IMG/VR virus record: IMGVR_UViG_3300020029_000001
Coordinates: 1-6,124 of that record
Length of the DNA: 6,124 bases
Direction: 5' to 3' (one strand)
Source: a virus
The translations under genes and the position numbers were made by a program. The notes under the pieces were generated by a model. The model worked only from the letters and a program-made list of their open reading frames with translations. It was not told the origin of the DNA and did no database searches. This document shows, piece by piece, positions 5,741-6,124 of the stretch (position 1 is the first letter of the stretch; each line of letters opens with the position of its first letter).

Positions 5741-6124
5741 TGCCTTGTTCTTCTCCCATATGGATACGTAATCGGCGCTATTTCGACAAGAAGAACCCTT
5801 GTCGTGATGGCTCCGATGTTGCTAAGTCCGCCCTGGCCCTTCGTCCCTGGGATATCGCCCGCCAGTGGCTTATGGTTCCGTGTGGAAAATGCGAAGACTG
5901 TCTGCGTCGTCAGCGTAATGATTGGTTCGTTCGGCTCGAACGCGAGCTTGCTCGTTGTAAGGCTGATAGTCTGCAGGCTATTTTTATTACAATCACGATC
6001 GCCCCAAAGTATTATAACGAGGCTCTGCTTGATCCGTCCTGGTTTATTCGAAAATTCAACGAACGCCTACGTCACAAACTCGGTCATTCGTTTAAACATG
6101 CTTTTTTCCAGGAGTTTGGTACTC
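5740..6124 (+). CDS. Replication initiator protein (VP4 / HUH Rep), N-terminal part; reads through the artificial linear end and continues at base 1
   Basis: ATG at 5740 opens MPCSSPIWIRNRRYFDKKNPCRDGSDVAKSALALRPWDIARQWLMVPCGKCEDCLRRQRNDWFVRLERELARCKADSLQAIFITITIAPKYYNEALLDPSW... The VPCGKCxxC(L)xxR...W.R cysteine motif and the following FITIT strand (motif I position) are typical of Microviridae Rep. 5740..6003 is 88 codons and joins in frame to base 1. The ORF track missed it because it runs off the window end. Confidence 0.95.
   Translation, partial: MPCSSPIWIRNRRYFDKKNPCRDGSDVAKSALALRPWDIARQWLMVPCGKCEDCLRRQRNDWFVRLERELARCKADSLQAIFITITIAPKYYNEALLDPSWFIRKFNERLRHKLGHSFKHAFFQEFGT
6004..6124. 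repeat. Direct terminal duplication (copy 2), circular-assembly overlap
   Basis: Identical to 1-121; removing one copy gives a 6003-bp circle with an intact Rep frame. Confidence 0.97.

Overview
This window is a complete circular ssDNA microvirus genome (Microviridae) written linearly with a duplicated end. Bases 1-121 are identical to 6004-6124, so the unique circle is 6003 bp. All supported genes are on the + strand. In circular order they are: rolling-circle replication initiator (VP4/Rep, 5740->6003 joined to 1->807, 356 aa), major capsid protein VP1 (811-2604), a small acidic protein that may be VP3/scaffold-like (2617-2913), a structured GC-rich intergenic region (about 2914-3142), a 63-aa TM/lipobox protein (3143-3334), DNA pilot protein VP2 (3336-4586), a Bacteroidota-type -7 promoter box (about 4633-4640), two small proteins of unknown function (4667-4987, 4999-5322), an overlooked 24-aa highly basic J/VP8-like peptide (5285-5359), a second highly structured intergenic region (about 5366-5513), and a 66-aa protein (5540-5740) whose stop codon overlaps the Rep start (TAATG). 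AT-rich leaders without a Shine-Dalgarno and the TAnnTTTG box suggest a Bacteroidota host. The core system is a recognisable microvirus. The less-explained parts are the two folded intergenic elements, the tiny basic ORF, the lipobox protein and the small accessory ORFs.
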